Notes: generated by a model not told the origin, from the letters alone. Positions 36,407 through 46,968 are shown, numbered from the stretch's first letter. The stretch is 64,000 bases of DNA from Candidatus Nomurabacteria bacterium GW2011_GWE1_32_28 (GCA_000989515.1 LBOM01000002.1:5453-69452), one strand, 5' to 3'. Made by a program: numbers and translations.

Positions 36407-37603
36407 TTAATCTTTTTTTCTTCTTAGAAATGCTGGAACAGCGCTCCAGTCTTCTGTTTCATCATCTATTATTATCTCTTCTACAACATCTGTCTTTTTT
36501 TCTATTCTTTTTAAGAAATCATTATTATTTTTATTTGAGCTTTGAATGGTATTGTGTATTTCTTTAATTGCTTTTTCTACATTTTCTTCTTTTACTACTG
36601 TTTGGTTTAAAACAGTAGTACCACTAAAAAGATTCTTACGAGGGATATCGTTTGTAAAACTTGTTGCTATAACTGTTACTTTTAATTCACCCTTTTTTAA
36701 TTTTTCATCTCTTATTGTACCGAAGATTACTTTTGCATCTTTGTCTATAGATTCTGTAATTATTTTAGCTGCTTCTTGTATTTCATGGATAGTTACATCA
36801 TCTCCACCTGAGATAGCAAAGAGTACCCCTTTTGCACCATTGATTGAGATTTCTAATAGGGGAGAATTGATAGCTTGCAATGCTGCTTTTGGAGCACGTC
36901 CTTCACCAGATGCGAGACCTATGCCCATAAGTGCACTTCCTGCATCTGACATTATTGCTCTGATATCTGCAAAGTCAACATTTATAATACCGGGTGTTGT
37001 AATCAAATCTGATATACCTTCTACTGCTTGGCGTAATACATTATCACAATTTGCGAAAGCATCTTTGAAGTTTGTAGTCTTGTCGGAAAGTTGTATTAAT
37101 TTATCATTTGGAATAATAATAATTGCATCTACTTCTTTTGCTAATTCCTCAATTCCTTTTTCTGCAATTTTCATCCTATGGTTACCTTCAAAAAAGAAAG
37201 GCTTTGTAACTACAGCGACAGTAAGTATTCCTTGTTCTTTTGCAGCACGAGCTATGATAGGAGCAGCACCTGTTCCAGTACCTCCACCCATTCCACAAGC
37301 AACAAAAATCATATCAGCACCCTTGATAGTATCTTGAATTTCTGACTTTGTCTCTTCAGCAGCCTTTCTCCCAACTTCTGGATTCATTCCAGCGCCTAGA
37401 CCCTTTGTGAGATTTTTACCAATATGAATTTTTTTCTCAGCTAAAGAATGATGAAGATCTTGTGTATCAGTATTCATACATATAAATGACACACCTTTGA
37501 CTTTTGAATTTATCATATGATTTATGGCATTTTTACCGGAACCTCCTATTCCGATGACCATAATACGAGCAAAGCTTTCTATTTCAGGGTTTAATTTAGG
37601 CAT
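36407..37603 (-). CDS. ftsZ: Cell division protein FtsZ
   Basis: GMGGGTGTG tubulin signature, INVDFAD, C-terminal VPAFLRRK. Confidence 0.98.
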   Translation of the reverse strand: MPKLNPEIESFARIMVIGIGGSGKNAINHMINSKVKGVSFICMNTDTQDLHHSLAEKKIHIGKNLTKGLGAGMNPEVGRKAAEETKSEIQDTIKGADMIFVACGMGGGTGTGAAPIIARAAKEQGILTVAVVTKPFFFEGNHRMKIAEKGIEELAKEVDAIIIIPNDKLIQLSDKTTNFKDAFANCDNVLRQAVEGISDLITTPGIINVDFADIRAIMSDAGSALMGIGLASGEGRAPKAALQAINSPLLEISINGAKGVLFAISGGDDVTIHEIQEAAKIITESIDKDAKVIFGTIRDEKLKKGELKVTVIATSFTNDIPRKNLFSGTTVLNQTVVKEENVEKAIKEIHNTIQSSNKNNNDFLKRIEKKTDVVEEIIIDDETEDWSAVPAFLRRKKD

Positions 37604-37711
37604 ATATTTTTATATTATTTATTAATAAAACTATTTAATTTATATATGTCTTATAATAGCAGAAAATAAAAAAAAGCAAAGCCTTGAGTTTTGCTTAATA
37701 GGGCACATCTT

Positions 37712-38875
37712 TTAAGGCATCAATTGCTTAATATTTGATTTTAATATGCTTTTAATATTTTTTAATATATTTTGGAAAGAACCTTTTTCATAAGAATCAT
37801 TTTCATTATCTGGTATTAGTAAACCAAGAGCTGTAAACCAAGAAGGGTCACGAAGTTTAGTTTTTATATTACCAAAAATTTCTGTTGAACCTATTTTTGA
37901 AGGAAGCTTGAGTGTAGATTTTGAAAATTCTTCAAGCGAAGTTGTGTTAGCACCCCCACCTATAAAAACTATTCCTGCTGGTAATAATTCATTTCTTTTT
38001 ATCTTTTTTAAATGATTTTCTATTAATTCAAAAATATCAGAAAGACGTGCTTCAATTATTTCTTCTAATTTTTTCTTTGAAAAATCTTCTGTAATATTAC
38101 CAAGCTTAAAACGTTCAGCATTTTCTAAAGATACTTTCATTCCAAGTGCTATATCATTTGTAATATCTGCACCACCAATAGAAAAAGTATGAAGTGATAC
38201 AAGTGTCTCATTTTCAAACACAGAAAGAGATACTGTTTCAGATCCTATATTTACTAATCCACAGCCTACTATCTTTTGTTTTTCAGATAATGAGATACGA
38301 CTTGCTGCTTCATTAGAAGCGATTATATCTATTGGGTCTATGCCAGCTAAAGTTATAACCTCTAATAGGTCTTCAAAATGTGAATTGGAACAAGTTACAA
38401 AAAGAGCTTTTACTTCTAATTTAGTACCTATCATTCCTTCTGGTCTACCTAATATTTCTTTTCCGTCAAGCTTGAAAGAAGTAGGATAAACTTTTATTAT
38501 TTTTTTGTTGTTTAAATTTAGATTTTCTTCACAATCTTCTAATGCTTTATTTATATCTAAATTGGTTACTTCACCATCAGCCTTGGAAACTATGCCTATG
38601 CCATTACTTGTTTCTCCTCGTAAGGTTACACCGCCTATTGATACAAAAGCACGTCTGATTTTTATACCTGAATTTTTTTCAGCCATTGAAATTGCATCTT
38701 CCAAAGAAGTTACTACGAGGGGAATATTTACAACATATCCATGCCGAAGACCTTTTGTTTCACTTTCTCCAACACCAATAATTCTAGGATTTTTTTCTCC
38801 TTTAAAAAATTCTCCTACAACAACTCTTATTGTAGTAGATCCAATATCTATTCCTGTTGAAATATTCCTTATCAT
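37712..38875 (-). CDS. ftsA: Cell division protein FtsA
   Basis: GIDIGSTTIR, GGADITNDIA, AERFK, IGGGA; upstream of ftsZ. Confidence 0.93.
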   Translation of the reverse strand: MIRNISTGIDIGSTTIRVVVGEFFKGEKNPRIIGVGESETKGLRHGYVVNIPLVVTSLEDAISMAEKNSGIKIRRAFVSIGGVTLRGETSNGIGIVSKADGEVTNLDINKALEDCEENLNLNNKKIIKVYPTSFKLDGKEILGRPEGMIGTKLEVKALFVTCSNSHFEDLLEVITLAGIDPIDIIASNEAASRISLSEKQKIVGCGLVNIGSETVSLSVFENETLVSLHTFSIGGADITNDIALGMKVSLENAERFKLGNITEDFSKKKLEEIIEARLSDIFELIENHLKKIKRNELLPAGIVFIGGGANTTSLEEFSKSTLKLPSKIGSTEIFGNIKTKLRDPSWFTALGLLIPDNENDSYEKGSFQNILKNIKSILKSNIKQLMP

Positions 38876-38930
38876 TTCTGTACTAAAATTTTAAATTTTA
38901 ATTTTAATACTTTTTATTATATCACCAAAT

Positions 38931-39314
38931 TTAAAATTTAGTACATGATAAGTATTTTTCTTCTGCTTTTTCCATTTTTCTACCATGGTCAAAACCTTTT
39001 AGATGCAACATTCCATGGATAATTAAAAATACTAATAATTCTTTAAAATTTTTATCAAATTTTTTTGTTTCTTTTTTTACCAAGGTTGGACATATTAATA
39101 TTTCTCCAGAAGTTTTTGAAAGAGAGAATGATAATATATTTGTTGCATTATTTTTATTTCTATAATTTTTATTTATTTCTTTGATTTTTCCTTTTGATAT
39201 ATATGCAAGAGATAAAGAATAATTCTTTCCTAAAATATTATTTTTAAGATCAAAAACAGGCAAGTTTGGTAACTTACTTTTAGTTTTGTTTATTACAGAG
39301 AATTTTTCTTCCAT
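38931..39314 (-). CDS. ybeY: rRNA maturation RNase YbeY
   Basis: YRNKNNATNILSF, HGMLHLKGFDH. Confidence 0.92.
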   Translation of the reverse strand: MEEKFSVINKTKSKLPNLPVFDLKNNILGKNYSLSLAYISKGKIKEINKNYRNKNNATNILSFSLSKTSGEILICPTLVKKETKKFDKNFKELLVFLIIHGMLHLKGFDHGRKMEKAEEKYLSCTKF

Positions 39315-39353
39315 ATTTAATTAACTCGAATAAGATATAGACATTATCTTAGT

Positions 39354-39581
39354 TTATTTCATTTTTCCAAGTTTACGAAGTTTCTCTACTTCTTTTCTTC
39401 TTATTAGTCGTTTTAGAGTACCTTTTTTAACTGTAAGTTTGGATTCCTTTCTTTTATTATAGCGAGAACCTTTTACTTTTTGAATTATATTTGATTCTTG
39501 AATTTTACGAGAAAAACGACGCAATATGCTTGAGTTGTTTTCATTTCCATTTTTATTTACTTCTATTACTGTTTTTGCCAT
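39354..39581 (-). CDS. rpsU: 30S ribosomal protein bS21-like
   Basis: 75 aa, basic; NENNSSILRRFSRKIQES resembles the bS21 E..LRRFKR pattern. Confidence 0.65.
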   Translation of the reverse strand: MAKTVIEVNKNGNENNSSILRRFSRKIQESNIIQKVKGSRYNKRKESKLTVKKGTLKRLIRRKEVEKLRKLGKMK

Positions 39582-39794
39582 ATATTGTAGATTATCATAT
39601 AGCTAAGATATAGGCAAGCCACTAGCTTTAATTCTTTCTTAGTAATATAAAAAATATAGATTAGCTTCCTTTTTTTAATTAGTATTTCAATCTAAAAATA
39701 ATAAACCTTATTTTAAAAGTACACAATAAGAGAAAGCATTAATTTGTGTTTTTTCCTAGACTTTTTTATAAAAAAAAGCTAAGATAGTAAGTCT

Positions 39795-40262
39795 ATGGAA
39801 CAATCAGAAAATTATATAACAGAAGAGAAATTTAAAGCTCTTAAATTAGAATTAATAGATTTAAAAGGACCAAAAAGAAAAGAAATTTTGGATACTTTGG
39901 CTTATGCAAAATCATTAGGTGATTTATCAGAAAATGCAGAATATCATCAAGCTCGTGAAGACCAAGGTAAATTAGAGGAACGTATACAAAAAGTGGAAGA
40001 GATATTAAGATCTTCCAAGGTAGTATCTGCAAGCGGAGGTGATATAATTGAAATTGGATCAAAGGTTCTTGTATTAAAAGAAGGAGAGAGCAAAGAAATA
40101 ACTTTTCAGATTGTTGGATCAGAAGAAGCTGACATGGCACAAGGAAAGATTTCTAATAAATCTCCATTTGGTAAAGCACTTTTTGGAAAGAAAAAAGGAG
40201 ATAACGTATCATTTAAAACTCCCAATGGACAAGTTGATTATAGAATCATAAATGTATCTTAG
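39795..40262 (+). CDS. greA: Transcription elongation factor GreA
   Basis: GDLSENAEYH, IVGSEEAD, ISNKSPFGKAL. Confidence 0.96.
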   Translation: MEQSENYITEEKFKALKLELIDLKGPKRKEILDTLAYAKSLGDLSENAEYHQAREDQGKLEERIQKVEEILRSSKVVSASGGDIIEIGSKVLVLKEGESKEITFQIVGSEEADMAQGKISNKSPFGKALFGKKKGDNVSFKTPNGQVDYRIINVS

Positions 40263-40303
40263 TTTTCCATTAAAAACGGATTAGTCTTAAATTAAAAATA
40301 AAT

Positions 40304-41800
40304 ATGTCTTCAATTGATGAAATAAGGGATATAAGAATAAAAAAAATAAAACTTTTACGTGATAAAGGCATCGATCCATATCCCGCAGAATCAAAAAGAG
40401 AGATTTCTCTTAGAGATGCTGTTGATGGTTTTGTGGATCTTGAAAAAAATAAAGACAGTAAATGGATCTCTGGAAGAATAATGTCCATACGTGGGCAGGG
40501 TGCTATTATTTTTTTGACTTTAAATGATGGTACTGCTCTTTTTCAAGGTTTATTAAAAAAAGATATTATCGGAGATGAAAAATTTGATTTTTTTAATGAA
40601 GTAATTGATATTGGAGATTTTATAGAAATTTTTGGTACATTTTTTGCTACTAAAAGAGGAGAGAAAACAGTAGAAATAAAAGATTGGGTTATACTTTCTA
40701 AAAGTTTGCTTCCTTTGCCAGAAAAATGGCACGGCTTACAAGATGTGGAAGAGAGATTTAGAAAAAGATATTTAGATATTTTGATGGATCCTGAGGTGAA
40801 AGAAATTTTTATAAAAAAGGCAAAATTTTGGAATGTTATTCGTGAGTATTTGATTTCTAAAGGTTTTCTTGAAGTTGAAACCCCAGTAATAGAAAACACT
40901 ACAGGAGGTGCTGATGCTCGTCCTTTTGTAACGCATCACAATGCTTTAGATATAGATGTTTATTTAAGAATTTCTGCAGGAGAATTATGGCAGAAGAAAC
41001 TTCTAGTTGCTGGATTTCCAAAAACTTTTGAAATAGGACGTATTTTTAGAAATGAAGGAATTTCTAATGAACATTTGCAAGACTATACACAGCTTGAATA
41101 TTATATGGCTTATTCAAATTATCAAGAGGGAATGAAGATGACAAAAGAGTTATATAGGTTGATTGCAGAAAAAGTTTTTGGCACTACTAAGTTTTCCATA
41201 AGAGGATTTGAAATTGATTTAAATGCTGAATGGAAGATTTATGATTTTAGTAAAATAATTGAAGATAGGTTTGGTTTTAATCCCTCTACTGATATTTATT
41301 TGAAGACGGGTAAAAAAATAGAAGAAAAAGAATTAAAAAAAATATGTGAAAACTCTGGTGTTGAGTATGATCGTAATGAATATAATATTTCAAGTACAGC
41401 AGATTTACTTTGGAAGAGTATTAGAAAAGAATTTATGGGTCCAGGTTTTCTTATAGGTGTACCTGTGTCTATGGAGCCTTTAGCAAAAAAGAATTTAAAT
41501 AATCCAAACATTGTAGAAAGATTCCAAGTTATTTTGGCTGGTAGTGAAATGGGGAAAGGTTTTAGTGAATTAAATGATCCGATAGACCAGCGTGAAAGAT
41601 TTAAGAATCAGCAAGCTCTCCGTGACGCAGGAGATGATGAAGCACAAATGGCAGATATGGAATTTGTTGAAGCATTAGAATATGCAATGCCACCTGCTTT
41701 TGGTTTTGGTCTTTCTGAAAGGTTGTTTAGTTTTCTTGTAGATAAACCAATTCGTGAAACTCAACTTTTTCCTTTAATGAAACCTAAAAATTTAAAATAA
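40304..41800 (+). CDS. lysS: Lysine--tRNA ligase (class II)
   Basis: RFRKRYLD, GGADARPF, EIGRIFRNEG, ELNDPIDQ, YAMPPAFGFG. Confidence 0.96.
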   Translation: MSSIDEIRDIRIKKIKLLRDKGIDPYPAESKREISLRDAVDGFVDLEKNKDSKWISGRIMSIRGQGAIIFLTLNDGTALFQGLLKKDIIGDEKFDFFNEVIDIGDFIEIFGTFFATKRGEKTVEIKDWVILSKSLLPLPEKWHGLQDVEERFRKRYLDILMDPEVKEIFIKKAKFWNVIREYLISKGFLEVETPVIENTTGGADARPFVTHHNALDIDVYLRISAGELWQKKLLVAGFPKTFEIGRIFRNEGISNEHLQDYTQLEYYMAYSNYQEGMKMTKELYRLIAEKVFGTTKFSIRGFEIDLNAEWKIYDFSKIIEDRFGFNPSTDIYLKTGKKIEEKELKKICENSGVEYDRNEYNISSTADLLWKSIRKEFMGPGFLIGVPVSMEPLAKKNLNNPNIVERFQVILAGSEMGKGFSELNDPIDQRERFKNQQALRDAGDDEAQMADMEFVEALEYAMPPAFGFGLSERLFSFLVDKPIRETQLFPLMKPKNLK

Positions 41801-41813
41801 AAAACATAAAAAA

Positions 41814-41846
41814 ACACCTCACATTGTCATTCGACAAGGAGGTGTA
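41814..41846. terminator. Hairpin/terminator after lysS (U tract on the minus strand)
   Basis: ACACCTC...TGTC-ATTC-GACA..GAGGTGT preceded by an A run. Confidence 0.55.
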
Positions 41847-42077
41847 AATTGCTTTTTAAATTTTCTAAATATTAAATATAAGAAGATGCATATTAATGCC
41901 TTTAAAAATAACGTCTTTTTTTGGGGGGTTATCTATATACCTACAGCCTTGTACGGCCTGATATTTATTATTTTTAAATTTTTCTTCTTTGAAGAGCAAT
42001 TCATATCAATCTACATGATTTAAAGAATAAGTCAAAGTTATACAACCTGTAGTTATCCACAGGTTGTATTTTGTTTT

Positions 42078-42123
42078 GTGGGGAATAGTGGTTTATAATG
42101 TATAGTAAGTGGGAAAAGGTGGG
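42078..42123 (+). promoter_or_regulatory. MraZ operator repeats overlapping the dcw promoter
   Basis: GTGGG/GTGGT at 42078, 42088, 42109 and 42119 (10-bp pairs) around TATAAT at 42094; matches known MraZ boxes. Confidence 0.8.
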
Positions 42124-42144
42124 AAATCAAATAAATAGAAAATT

Positions 42145-42588
42145 ATGCTTATAGGTGAATACATACATACAATAGATGAGAAGAATAGAATTTCTTTACC
42201 AGTAAAATTTCGAAAAGAACTTGGTAAGAAAATTATTATTACACCCGGGCTTGATCAATGTTTATTTGTCTTTACAGCTAGTGAATGGAAAAAGGTTTCT
42301 AAAAGACTTTCTGACTCAGATTCTGATCTTTCTTTTCTAAAAGCTGACAAAAGAAGTTTTAATAGATTTATGTTTGGACGAGCAGTGGAAGTAGATATAG
42401 ATACAATTGGAAGAATTTTGATTCCTGATTTTCTTAAAGAAAGAATTAAGCTTACAGACAAAGCAGCGATAATCGGAGTAGAAGATAGACTTGAAATTTG
42501 GAATGATAAAACATGGTTGCAATATAGAGATGTAGTAGAGAAACAAGCAGATCAATTAGCAGAGAAATTAGGTAGTGGAGAATTTTAA
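42145..42588 (+). CDS. mraZ: Transcriptional regulator MraZ
   Basis: GEYIHTIDEKNRISLPVKFR, DTIGRILIP, GVEDRLEIW. Confidence 0.96.
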   Translation: MLIGEYIHTIDEKNRISLPVKFRKELGKKIIITPGLDQCLFVFTASEWKKVSKRLSDSDSDLSFLKADKRSFNRFMFGRAVEVDIDTIGRILIPDFLKERIKLTDKAAIIGVEDRLEIWNDKTWLQYRDVVEKQADQLAEKLGSGEF

Positions 42589-42589
42589 G

Positions 42590-43576
42590 ATGAGAAGTGT
42601 ACACAAGACAGTTCTTTTAAATGAAACAATAGATGGTCTAAATTTATCATCACTTGATAAAAAAGATAATGTTTTGATTTTAGATGCAACATTTGGTGGT
42701 GGCGGACATAGTATTGAAATCTTAAAAAGATATCCAAATGTAAAAATAATTGCATTAGATCAAGATAAAGGTGCTTGGGAGAAAGCGAAAGATAAATTTA
42801 AAGGTTTAGAAAAGAGGATTTCTTTTATAAACAAAAATTTTAGAGATATAGATCAAATTTTTCAAAAAGAAAATTTAAAAGATTCCTATGCCTTCACCCA
42901 GGGCGGCATAAGGACAGGGAACCAACACGACGCTTTAAATCTTTCAAATTATCTTTTTGATGGAATTATATTTGACCTAGGCTTGAGTTCAGACCAATTA
43001 GAGAATTCCGGACGAGGATTTTCCTTCATGAAAAATGAGCCATTACTTATGACAATGAAAGAAAATCCTCTTCCAGAAGATCTTACAGCTATGGATATAA
43101 TAAATGGCTGGAGTGAGAAAAGTTTAGCAGATATTATCTATGGCTATGGTGAGGAAAGATTTTCTAGAAGAATAGCAAAAGCAATAATAGAAGCCAGAAA
43201 ATTAAATAGTATAGAGAATACAGAAGATTTAGTAAAAGTTATTAGCGACAGTGTTCCAGCATCATACAGAAGACAGAGACTGCATTTTGCAACAAGAACA
43301 TTTCAAGCATTAAGAATAGCAGTAAATGATGAATTAGGGGTGTTAGAGAAGGGTTTAGAAGCTGGACTAAGAGTTCTTAAAAAAGGAGGCAGAATATCAG
43401 TAATTTCATTTCATAGTTTAGAAGATAGGATTGTGAAGAGATTCTTTAAAGATAAAAAAGATAAAGAAGAAGTAATTTTAATAAATAAAAAACCAATAAT
43501 AGCAAACGAAGAAGAAATAATAAATAATCCAAGATCAAGAAGTAGTAAATTACGAATTTTAGAAAAAATTATATGA
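42590..43576 (+). CDS. rsmH: 16S rRNA m4C1402 methyltransferase, carrying an in-frame element
   Basis: HKTVLLNE, DATFGGGGHS, DLGLSSDQL, RTFQALRIAVNDE, ISFHSLEDRIVK. Confidence 0.97.
   Translation: MRSVHKTVLLNETIDGLNLSSLDKKDNVLILDATFGGGGHSIEILKRYPNVKIIALDQDKGAWEKAKDKFKGLEKRISFINKNFRDIDQIFQKENLKDSYAFTQGGIRTGNQHDALNLSNYLFDGIIFDLGLSSDQLENSGRGFSFMKNEPLLMTMKENPLPEDLTAMDIINGWSEKSLADIIYGYGEERFSRRIAKAIIEARKLNSIENTEDLVKVISDSVPASYRRQRLHFATRTFQALRIAVNDELGVLEKGLEAGLRVLKKGGRISVISFHSLEDRIVKRFFKDKKDKEEVILINKKPIIANEEEIINNPRSRSSKLRILEKII
42862..42960 (+). repeat. Structured element, family B, in-frame copy (99 bp = 33 codons) in rsmH
   Basis: 23-bp terminal inverted repeats; core ..CCTT.CCC..GGCGGCATAAGGACAGGGAACCAACACGACGC shared with the copies at 54386 and 60167. 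Confidence 0.85.
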
Positions 43577-43929
43577 AAACAGCAAGTTTAAAACTAAAGA
43601 GTTATGCTAATAATGTAAATATTATAGATAATGGTAATTTAAACAGGAAGATTTTAAATATAATGCTTTGGATTATTGCTTTTCTTACATTTTCTTATGT
43701 TTTCTTTTTAGGTAATGTAGTTTTTGATATTGTAGAACGTAAATCTCTTGAAACATATGCACGTACTTTGTCTAATGATGTGGGTGATCTAGAATTGGAA
43801 TATCTTTCAATGTCTCAAAAAGTTGATCTTAATCTAGCATATTCTCTTGGCTTTAAAGAAATAAAAAATAAAGAGTATGCAACTCGAAAAGCACTTGGCA
43901 GTATAAGTATTGCTAAAAATGAAATATAG
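43573..43929 (+). CDS. ftsL: FtsL-like protein
   Basis: Single TM plus coiled coil, AYSLGF motif; lies between rsmH and the PBP gene. Confidence 0.65.
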   Translation: MKTASLKLKSYANNVNIIDNGNLNRKILNIMLWIIAFLTFSYVFFLGNVVFDIVERKSLETYARTLSNDVGDLELEYLSMSQKVDLNLAYSLGFKEIKNKEYATRKALGSISIAKNEI

Positions 43930-45631
43930 TTTTCTAATTAGAACTAGAGTTATATTTTTTTGTATTTCACTTTTTGCTCTGATTTTAATTGGTAAGCTTT
44001 TTTTAGTGCAAATAGTGCATAGTCGTGAATATTCTGATAGAGCAGACAGACAATATTCTACACCTTCATCTAATATTTTTGAGCGTGGAAGTATTTATTT
44101 TTCACAAAAAGATGGTCAGGTTGTTTCTGCTGCAATGCAGACTACTGGATTTAAAGTGGCTATTGATCCTACAAAAATAATAGACAAAGAATCATCTTAT
44201 TCTGAATTATCAAAAATAATAGATATTGATCATGATGTTTTTTTAGCGAAAGCGAATAAAAAAAATGATCCATATGAAGAAATTGCTAATTATCTCTCTA
44301 AAGAAGAAGCAGATGCTATAAGTTTTTTGAAGATTCCAGGTATTTCTATTTATAAAGAAAAATGGCGTTTTTATCCAGGGATTAATTTAGCAGCCCAATC
44401 TTTGGGTTTTGTAGCATACAAAGGAGATGAACTAGCAGGACGTTATGGCCTTGAAAGACAATATAATAATGAACTTTCAAGAGATAAAAATAATCCTTAT
44501 GTTAATTTCTTTGCAGAAGTTTTTTCTAACATTAATGATACTTTATTTAGTAGTGAGTCTAGAGCAGGAGATATAGTCACAACGATAGAACCATCTGTGC
44601 AGAATTTTTTAGAAAAAACAATACAAGGTGTCAAAGATAAATATCAGGTAGATTCTATTGCTGGGATAATAATGAATCCTGTTGATGGCTCTATATATGC
44701 ACTTAGTAGTAAACCTGATTTTGATCTTAATAATTTTTCTAAAGTTAAAACTGTTTCTACTTTTTCAAATCCTTTAGTTGAAAATGTTTTTGAATTTGGC
44801 TCAGTAGTAAAGCCATTGGTTATGGCTGGAGCATTAGATGCAGGTGTCGTCACAGCTAATACAACATACAATGATAGTGGATCTGTTATAGTTGAAGATA
44901 AAGAAATATTTAATTTTGATAAAAAGGGTCGTGGTGTTGTAAATATGCAAGAAGTTTTAAACCAATCACTTAATACTGGTATGGTTTTTGTTTATAAAAA
45001 ATTAGGAAAAGAAAAATTCCGTGATTATATGCTTTCTTATGGTATAAAAGAAAAAACTGGAATAGATTTACCAAATGAGACAAGTGGCCTTGTTTCTAAT
45101 CTAATAAACAGTCCACGTGATATTGAATATGCAAATGCTTCTTTTGGTCAAGGTATAGCTTTGACGCCAATAGAGATAGTAAGAGCACTGGCCTCACTTT
45201 CAAATGGTGGTAATCTAGTTGTTCCACATTTAGTACAAAAAATAAAATATAATGATGGTACAGAAAAAGAAATGAAATATGATACAAAACCTGTAAAGAT
45301 ATCAGCAGCATCGGCAGAAGAGATTACTCGTATGCTTGTAAATGTTATGGATAATTCTATTCAAAACGGAAAAGCTAAATTTGAACACTATAGTATTGCA
45401 GTAAAAACAGGAACTGCACAAGTTGCGAATAATGAGGGAGGAGGATACTATAAAGATAGACACAATCATTCTTTCTTTGGATATTTTCCAGCTTATGATC
45501 CAAAATTTATAGTTTTTCTTTATGCAATTAATCCTAAGGGTGTAGAATATTCATCTCAAACCTGGGTAGATCCATTTTTAAGTATTACGAAATTTTTGAT
45601 TAATTATTATGAAATTCCTCCTGATAGATAA
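43919..45631 (+). CDS. ftsI: Class B penicillin-binding protein (FtsI/PBP2)
   Basis: ERGSIY, RFYP, GLERQY, EFGSVVK (SxxK), SLN (SxN), KTGTAQ. Confidence 0.9.
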   Translation: MKYSFLIRTRVIFFCISLFALILIGKLFLVQIVHSREYSDRADRQYSTPSSNIFERGSIYFSQKDGQVVSAAMQTTGFKVAIDPTKIIDKESSYSELSKIIDIDHDVFLAKANKKNDPYEEIANYLSKEEADAISFLKIPGISIYKEKWRFYPGINLAAQSLGFVAYKGDELAGRYGLERQYNNELSRDKNNPYVNFFAEVFSNINDTLFSSESRAGDIVTTIEPSVQNFLEKTIQGVKDKYQVDSIAGIIMNPVDGSIYALSSKPDFDLNNFSKVKTVSTFSNPLVENVFEFGSVVKPLVMAGALDAGVVTANTTYNDSGSVIVEDKEIFNFDKKGRGVVNMQEVLNQSLNTGMVFVYKKLGKEKFRDYMLSYGIKEKTGIDLPNETSGLVSNLINSPRDIEYANASFGQGIALTPIEIVRALASLSNGGNLVVPHLVQKIKYNDGTEKEMKYDTKPVKISAASAEEITRMLVNVMDNSIQNGKAKFEHYSIAVKTGTAQVANNEGGGYYKDRHNHSFFGYFPAYDPKFIVFLYAINPKGVEYSSQTWVDPFLSITKFLINYYEIPPDR

Positions 45632-45672
45632 AATAATAAATTACAAATTAACAATTATAAAATTTAAAAAAG

Positions 45673-46968
45673 ATGAAAACGATTTTTAAAAAAATATTAA
45701 CATATATATTACAAATAGAGTCACGACTAGTACTTTGGAAATATAAACCAAAAGTTATTACTATTACTGGATCTGTAGGAAAGACTTCCACAAAAGATGC
45801 AGTGTATGCTGTAATTTCTGGGATTTCTCATGTACGCAAAAGTGAAAAAAGTTATAATAGCCAAATAGGATTGCCTCTTACTATTTTAGGATGTTCAAAT
45901 GGATGGAATAATCCTCTTGCTTGGATTTTGAATGTTTTAAAAGGATTTTGGCTTTTTGTTTGGCCTCATAAGTATCCTAAATGGCTTGTGCTTGAAGTTG
46001 GAATAGGTAAACCAGGAGACATGCACGAGACAGCTTCATGGCTTCAGAGTGATGTCGTCATAATCACAGCCATAGGAGAGACACCTTCTCATATAGAATT
46101 TTTTGAATCACGTAAACATCTTATAGAAGAAAAAAGTAAACTTATAAAAACTCTTAAAAAAGATGGAATTTTAATATTAAATAATGATGATGAAGCTGTT
46201 TCAGGATTTAAAGAAAAAACAAAAAACTTAATTTTTACTTTTGGTTTTAAAGATAGTTCTGATGTAAAAGCTTCTGGGGATAGTATTCTTTATAATGATA
46301 AAGAAATTCCAGAAGGTTTAATTTTTAGGATAGATCAAGATCAGAATAGTTTTCCTGTTATTATTGAGGGATTATTTGGAAGAAATCATGTATATGCTTC
46401 TCTTGGAGCTCTTGCTCTTGCTGTAGGCTTGAAATTAAACATAATAGAAGCCATAAATAAACTTAAAAATTATAACGTTCCACCAGGACGTATGCGTTTT
46501 TTAAAAGGAATAAATGATTCTTTTATCATAGACGATACATACAATTCTTCTCCTTTTGCTTGCGAATTTGCCCTTAGGACCCTAAAGGAGGTTAGATTGA
46601 TTGGTAGGAAGATTGCTGTCTTGGGTGATATGTTAGAGCTTGGAAAACACACCGAAGAAGCTCATAAAAATATTGGTAAAATTGCGAAAGTAAATTCTGA
46701 AATACTTATAGTAGTGGGACCTAGAGCAAAAAAAATAAAAGAAGGTGCCATAGAAGAAGGAATGAAAGATCAAGATATTTTTGAATTTTCTGATTCATTT
46801 GAAGCTGGAAAATTCCTCGAAACATTTGTACAAAAAAATGATTTTATACTCATTAAAGGTTCTCAAGGAATGCGCATGGAAAGGGCAGTAGAGTCTATAC
46901 TTTTAGATAAAGAAAATAAAGTTAAACTTCTTGTCCGCCAGGATCCTGAGTGGTTGGATAAGAAATAA
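45673..46968 (+). CDS. murF: UDP-MurNAc-tripeptide--D-Ala-D-Ala ligase
   Basis: ITGSVGKTSTK, NSQIGLPLT, DDTYNSSP, LGDMLELG, IKGSQGMRME. Confidence 0.93.
   Translation: MKTIFKKILTYILQIESRLVLWKYKPKVITITGSVGKTSTKDAVYAVISGISHVRKSEKSYNSQIGLPLTILGCSNGWNNPLAWILNVLKGFWLFVWPHKYPKWLVLEVGIGKPGDMHETASWLQSDVVIITAIGETPSHIEFFESRKHLIEEKSKLIKTLKKDGILILNNDDEAVSGFKEKTKNLIFTFGFKDSSDVKASGDSILYNDKEIPEGLIFRIDQDQNSFPVIIEGLFGRNHVYASLGALALAVGLKLNIIEAINKLKNYNVPPGRMRFLKGINDSFIIDDTYNSSPFACEFALRTLKEVRLIGRKIAVLGDMLELGKHTEEAHKNIGKIAKVNSEILIVVGPRAKKIKEGAIEEGMKDQDIFEFSDSFEAGKFLETFVQKNDFILIKGSQGMRMERAVESILLDKENKVKLLVRQDPEWLDKK

Noticed and set aside
36546-37337. 263-aa ORF antisense to ftsZ, plus the many other short overlapping ORFs in the track (e.g. 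5161-5562, 14780-15271, 34199-34609, 38505-38894)
   Set aside because: Shadow frames of well-supported genes, with no motifs or expression signals
41850-42140. Replication origin at the DnaA box upstream of mraZ
   Set aside because: Only one perfect box, no cluster, and no dnaA/dnaN nearby
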